DNA of 64,000 bases from Escherichia phage Bp7, in the sequence record NC_019500.1. The stretch is one strand, 5' to 3'. Positions 61,747 through 64,000 of the stretch are shown here, piece by piece (within the stretch, counting starts at the first letter, position 1; every line of letters begins with the position of its first letter). Under the pieces are notes generated by a model. It had not been told where the DNA came from, searched no databases, and was given only the letters and a program-made list of their open reading frames with translations. The translations under genes and the position numbers were made by a program.

Positions 61747-63705
61747 TTATATTGTAATTGGTTCCAACTCTATAGTTGTGTACTGAGGACGAAGGTCATC
61801 TTCAAATACGATTAAAGAACCGTCTTTGGTAAAGATGTTGTCTTGGTCTGGCCCTGCATAAAGTTCAATAGACTGGACTTCAAAACGGTCGGAAGTAAGG
61901 CCTATTGCGGCGATATCCCAGAAAATAAAGTCCGAGTAATAATCAATTTCGCCAATAACATAGTAGACCGATTGGTCTGCAGGCGCTGCCATTTTATCGA
62001 AGTCATCTCCGGTGTAAGGTTGGATGTATTGGTTTTCAATTACATCGCCAGGTCGGAAAGGACCTATAACCATTTTACCATCGCCTCGTTCGTCTTTATC
62101 TGTGGCAACAATACGTACGTTGTAAGATTTAACAACATCAGATACGTTTGTTGGGACGAACTCAAATTCACTAGAAGTTACAGAACGGTTGGTGTATTGA
62201 TTATAGTATTTAATACCCGCTTCAGGTGTTTTGAAGAAGTTTAATACCTCGCGAACCATTGTTACCGTAGCCGAAGAGCCAAGGATACTGTGGTCTGCAT
62301 TATCAATATAAGTCAGCATTTTAGACTTGGCAAATCCGTGGTTGAATATTTCAACTTCGTTAATATAATAACGGTCTATTTGGGAAAGGATTTGAGCCGT
62401 TAACCATTGTTCGGATTCCTGTAATTTGTTCAGTGCATATGAAACCTTAATTTTATGCTTCAAGAACAAGTAGTCAGGAGAAATAACCGAAGGGGTAATA
62501 GGTGCCAAGTTAAATTCTGAAAGATAATTTTGGATATCTTCGCGTTGAACCGCAGTCAAATACAATCCTGATTTAGGTTTAATGGTAACAAAGGCATAAC
62601 CTGGTTTATTTGGGTCTGTAAAGGTTTGTACTGCTTGTACAATAGAACCAAATCGCTCCGAAACGAATGTATCATAATCTGTACCGGTTACAGCACGCAT
62701 CTGGGCTTCACGTTTAACTACAGCAAGTTCACGAATACGTTCAATATCTTCAGGGTCACCACCACCGTCAGCACCTACATAATCCGGGTTTTCATCGTAG
62801 TTTTCTGTAATTTTTTCAACCGTAATATATGCCAAAGAATCCGCATAACTAAAGTCCACTGCCCCGTTAGCAACTTCACCATCTGTACGAAGGTATTCTA
62901 TAACAATGGTAGCATCTTTAACAGGTTTTAAACCACCAATATAATTAGCTTCTAATACCCCACCTGCAACTGATTTTTCAGCAACACCTTCACCAAAGAA
63001 GAATTCAGTATTACCATCTACGGTTTCACGCATATAGTAAATTGTTGATGTACTACCAGCATGAACCATGGATTTATTAGTCCAGTTAGTCCATTCTGCG
63101 CCATCGACATAAAGTTTAACTTCCTGTCTATCAATATCCGGGTCACGAATAAGAATAGGAGTTTTAGGGTCATACTTAAGTTCAGTACGGATAATACGAC
63201 CTTGTGCTAAAGATACGATAGGAAGATATTGGTTATTAACATCACGTACGGCAATAACGTTTTCCGTGGTAACAAAAGCATACGGGTCTGCTGAAGTATC
63301 ACGGGCATAGGCCAAGAATTTAGTACCACGTGGGATACGAATATTCTTTTCATTCAGGGCTTGGGTACAGGTCAACATGATACTTGTTTTGGCTGCTGAT
63401 TTAGAACTTGGCAAATAGCCGTTATCCTGTGCAGCCTGGACGACGGAGGAACGCAAGTTAGCAGTACCGATGAAAGATTCATATACCGCGGTATTAGCAA
63501 ACTGCTGCATATACAGGGTGTTGTAAGCTAACATGTCAATCAGGATATTCATTCGCGAACCAACGAAATCGTAATCCTTAAATTCGTCCTGGCTAGAAAG
63601 CCAATCGATAATATTCTTTTTAATCTCTTCAAACGTAGCTCCCACAAATACTTTTGGGATAGCGTTAACGGTTCTTGTTAATTGGTAATTCGTAGGAGTA
63701 GCCAT
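61747..63705 (-). CDS. 6: Baseplate wedge protein gp6
   Basis: 652 aa; synteny. Confidence 0.85.
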   Translation of the reverse strand: MATPTNYQLTRTVNAIPKVFVGATFEEIKKNIIDWLSSQDEFKDYDFVGSRMNILIDMLAYNTLYMQQFANTAVYESFIGTANLRSSVVQAAQDNGYLPSSKSAAKTSIMLTCTQALNEKNIRIPRGTKFLAYARDTSADPYAFVTTENVIAVRDVNNQYLPIVSLAQGRIIRTELKYDPKTPILIRDPDIDRQEVKLYVDGAEWTNWTNKSMVHAGSTSTIYYMRETVDGNTEFFFGEGVAEKSVAGGVLEANYIGGLKPVKDATIVIEYLRTDGEVANGAVDFSYADSLAYITVEKITENYDENPDYVGADGGGDPEDIERIRELAVVKREAQMRAVTGTDYDTFVSERFGSIVQAVQTFTDPNKPGYAFVTIKPKSGLYLTAVQREDIQNYLSEFNLAPITPSVISPDYLFLKHKIKVSYALNKLQESEQWLTAQILSQIDRYYINEVEIFNHGFAKSKMLTYIDNADHSILGSSATVTMVREVLNFFKTPEAGIKYYNQYTNRSVTSSEFEFVPTNVSDVVKSYNVRIVATDKDERGDGKMVIGPFRPGDVIENQYIQPYTGDDFDKMAAPADQSVYYVIGEIDYYSDFIFWDIAAIGLTSDRFEVQSIELYAGPDQDNIFTKDGSLIVFEDDLRPQYTTIELEPITI

Positions 63706-63706
63706 T

Positions 63707-63994
63707 TTAATTCCTAGTAGGAGATTCTAAACAAGGTATGCAAATGGAAAGGGATGGAAATGCAATCGTTAAACCGAATATTCCCAGCATCTTATTAATC
63801 CATTGTACCACCTTACTTAAGGATAATGTTGATATTTGGTTATACATTGATTTGCACAAGTCTTTCATTGACCTGGAACCATCAGTAAATTCGTGATATA
63901 AAGATTTTGCTTTAGTTACTGAGTTCTCGTATATAACCATGATATCATCTACAGTAGCTCCGAGCATACCGAGAAGTTCTTCCATTTGAGCCAC
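63707..63994 (-). CDS. Hypothetical protein upstream of gene 6 (gene 5.4 position); may extend beyond window
   Basis: 95+ aa ORF whose stop abuts gene 6 start; hydrophobic C-terminal segment; no obvious PAAR-type Gly-rich repeats. Confidence 0.4.
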   Translation of the reverse strand: MAQMEELLGMLGATVDDIMVIYENSVTKAKSLYHEFTDGSRSMKDLCKSMYNQISTLSLSKVVQWINKMLGIFGLTIAFPSLSICIPCLESPTRN

Positions 63995-64000
63995 AATAGG

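Overview
This window reads as a contiguous segment of a T4-like (T-even, Tevenvirinae) myovirus genome, syntenic with the phage T4 region running from nrdA to baseplate gene 6. Gene identities were assigned by reading the six-frame translations against remembered T4 protein sequences and motifs; no database search was run. Plus strand, early/middle module: nrdA (3' end), nrdB split by a group I intron carrying an HNH homing endonuclease, denA, gene 63 (rnlA), alc-like, spanin pair, pseT, cd, 31, rIII, a block of small 30.x-type ORFs including NADAR-like and HAD-like proteins, DNA ligase (30), and two tandem alt ADP-ribosyltransferase genes. Minus strand, late morphogenesis modules: 54-48-29-28-27-51, then 24(x2)-23-22-21-68-67-20-19-18-17-16-15-14-13-wac-12-11-10-9-8-7-6, with 26-25-uvsY, inh-hoc and rnlB on the plus strand and uvsW/uvsW.1 on the minus strand. 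Regulatory signals match T4 classes: sigma70-like early promoters (GTTTAC -35 with TAnnAT -10), MotA-box middle promoters, TATAAATA late promoters and hairpin/U-tract terminators. No tRNA, rRNA or CRISPR was seen. Points worth a second look: single-base frameshifts in nrdB, uvsW and portal gene 20; tandem gene 24 and alt paralogs; three free-standing homing endonucleases; a NADAR-like/HAD-like pair upstream of ligase and alt; a small early gene antisense inside the capsid cluster; and a near-identical 47-nt promoter/leader cassette duplicated in front of two unrelated ORFs. Nothing clearly outside known T-even biology was found; the most novel candidates are unverified ORFans and the NADAR/Alt association.
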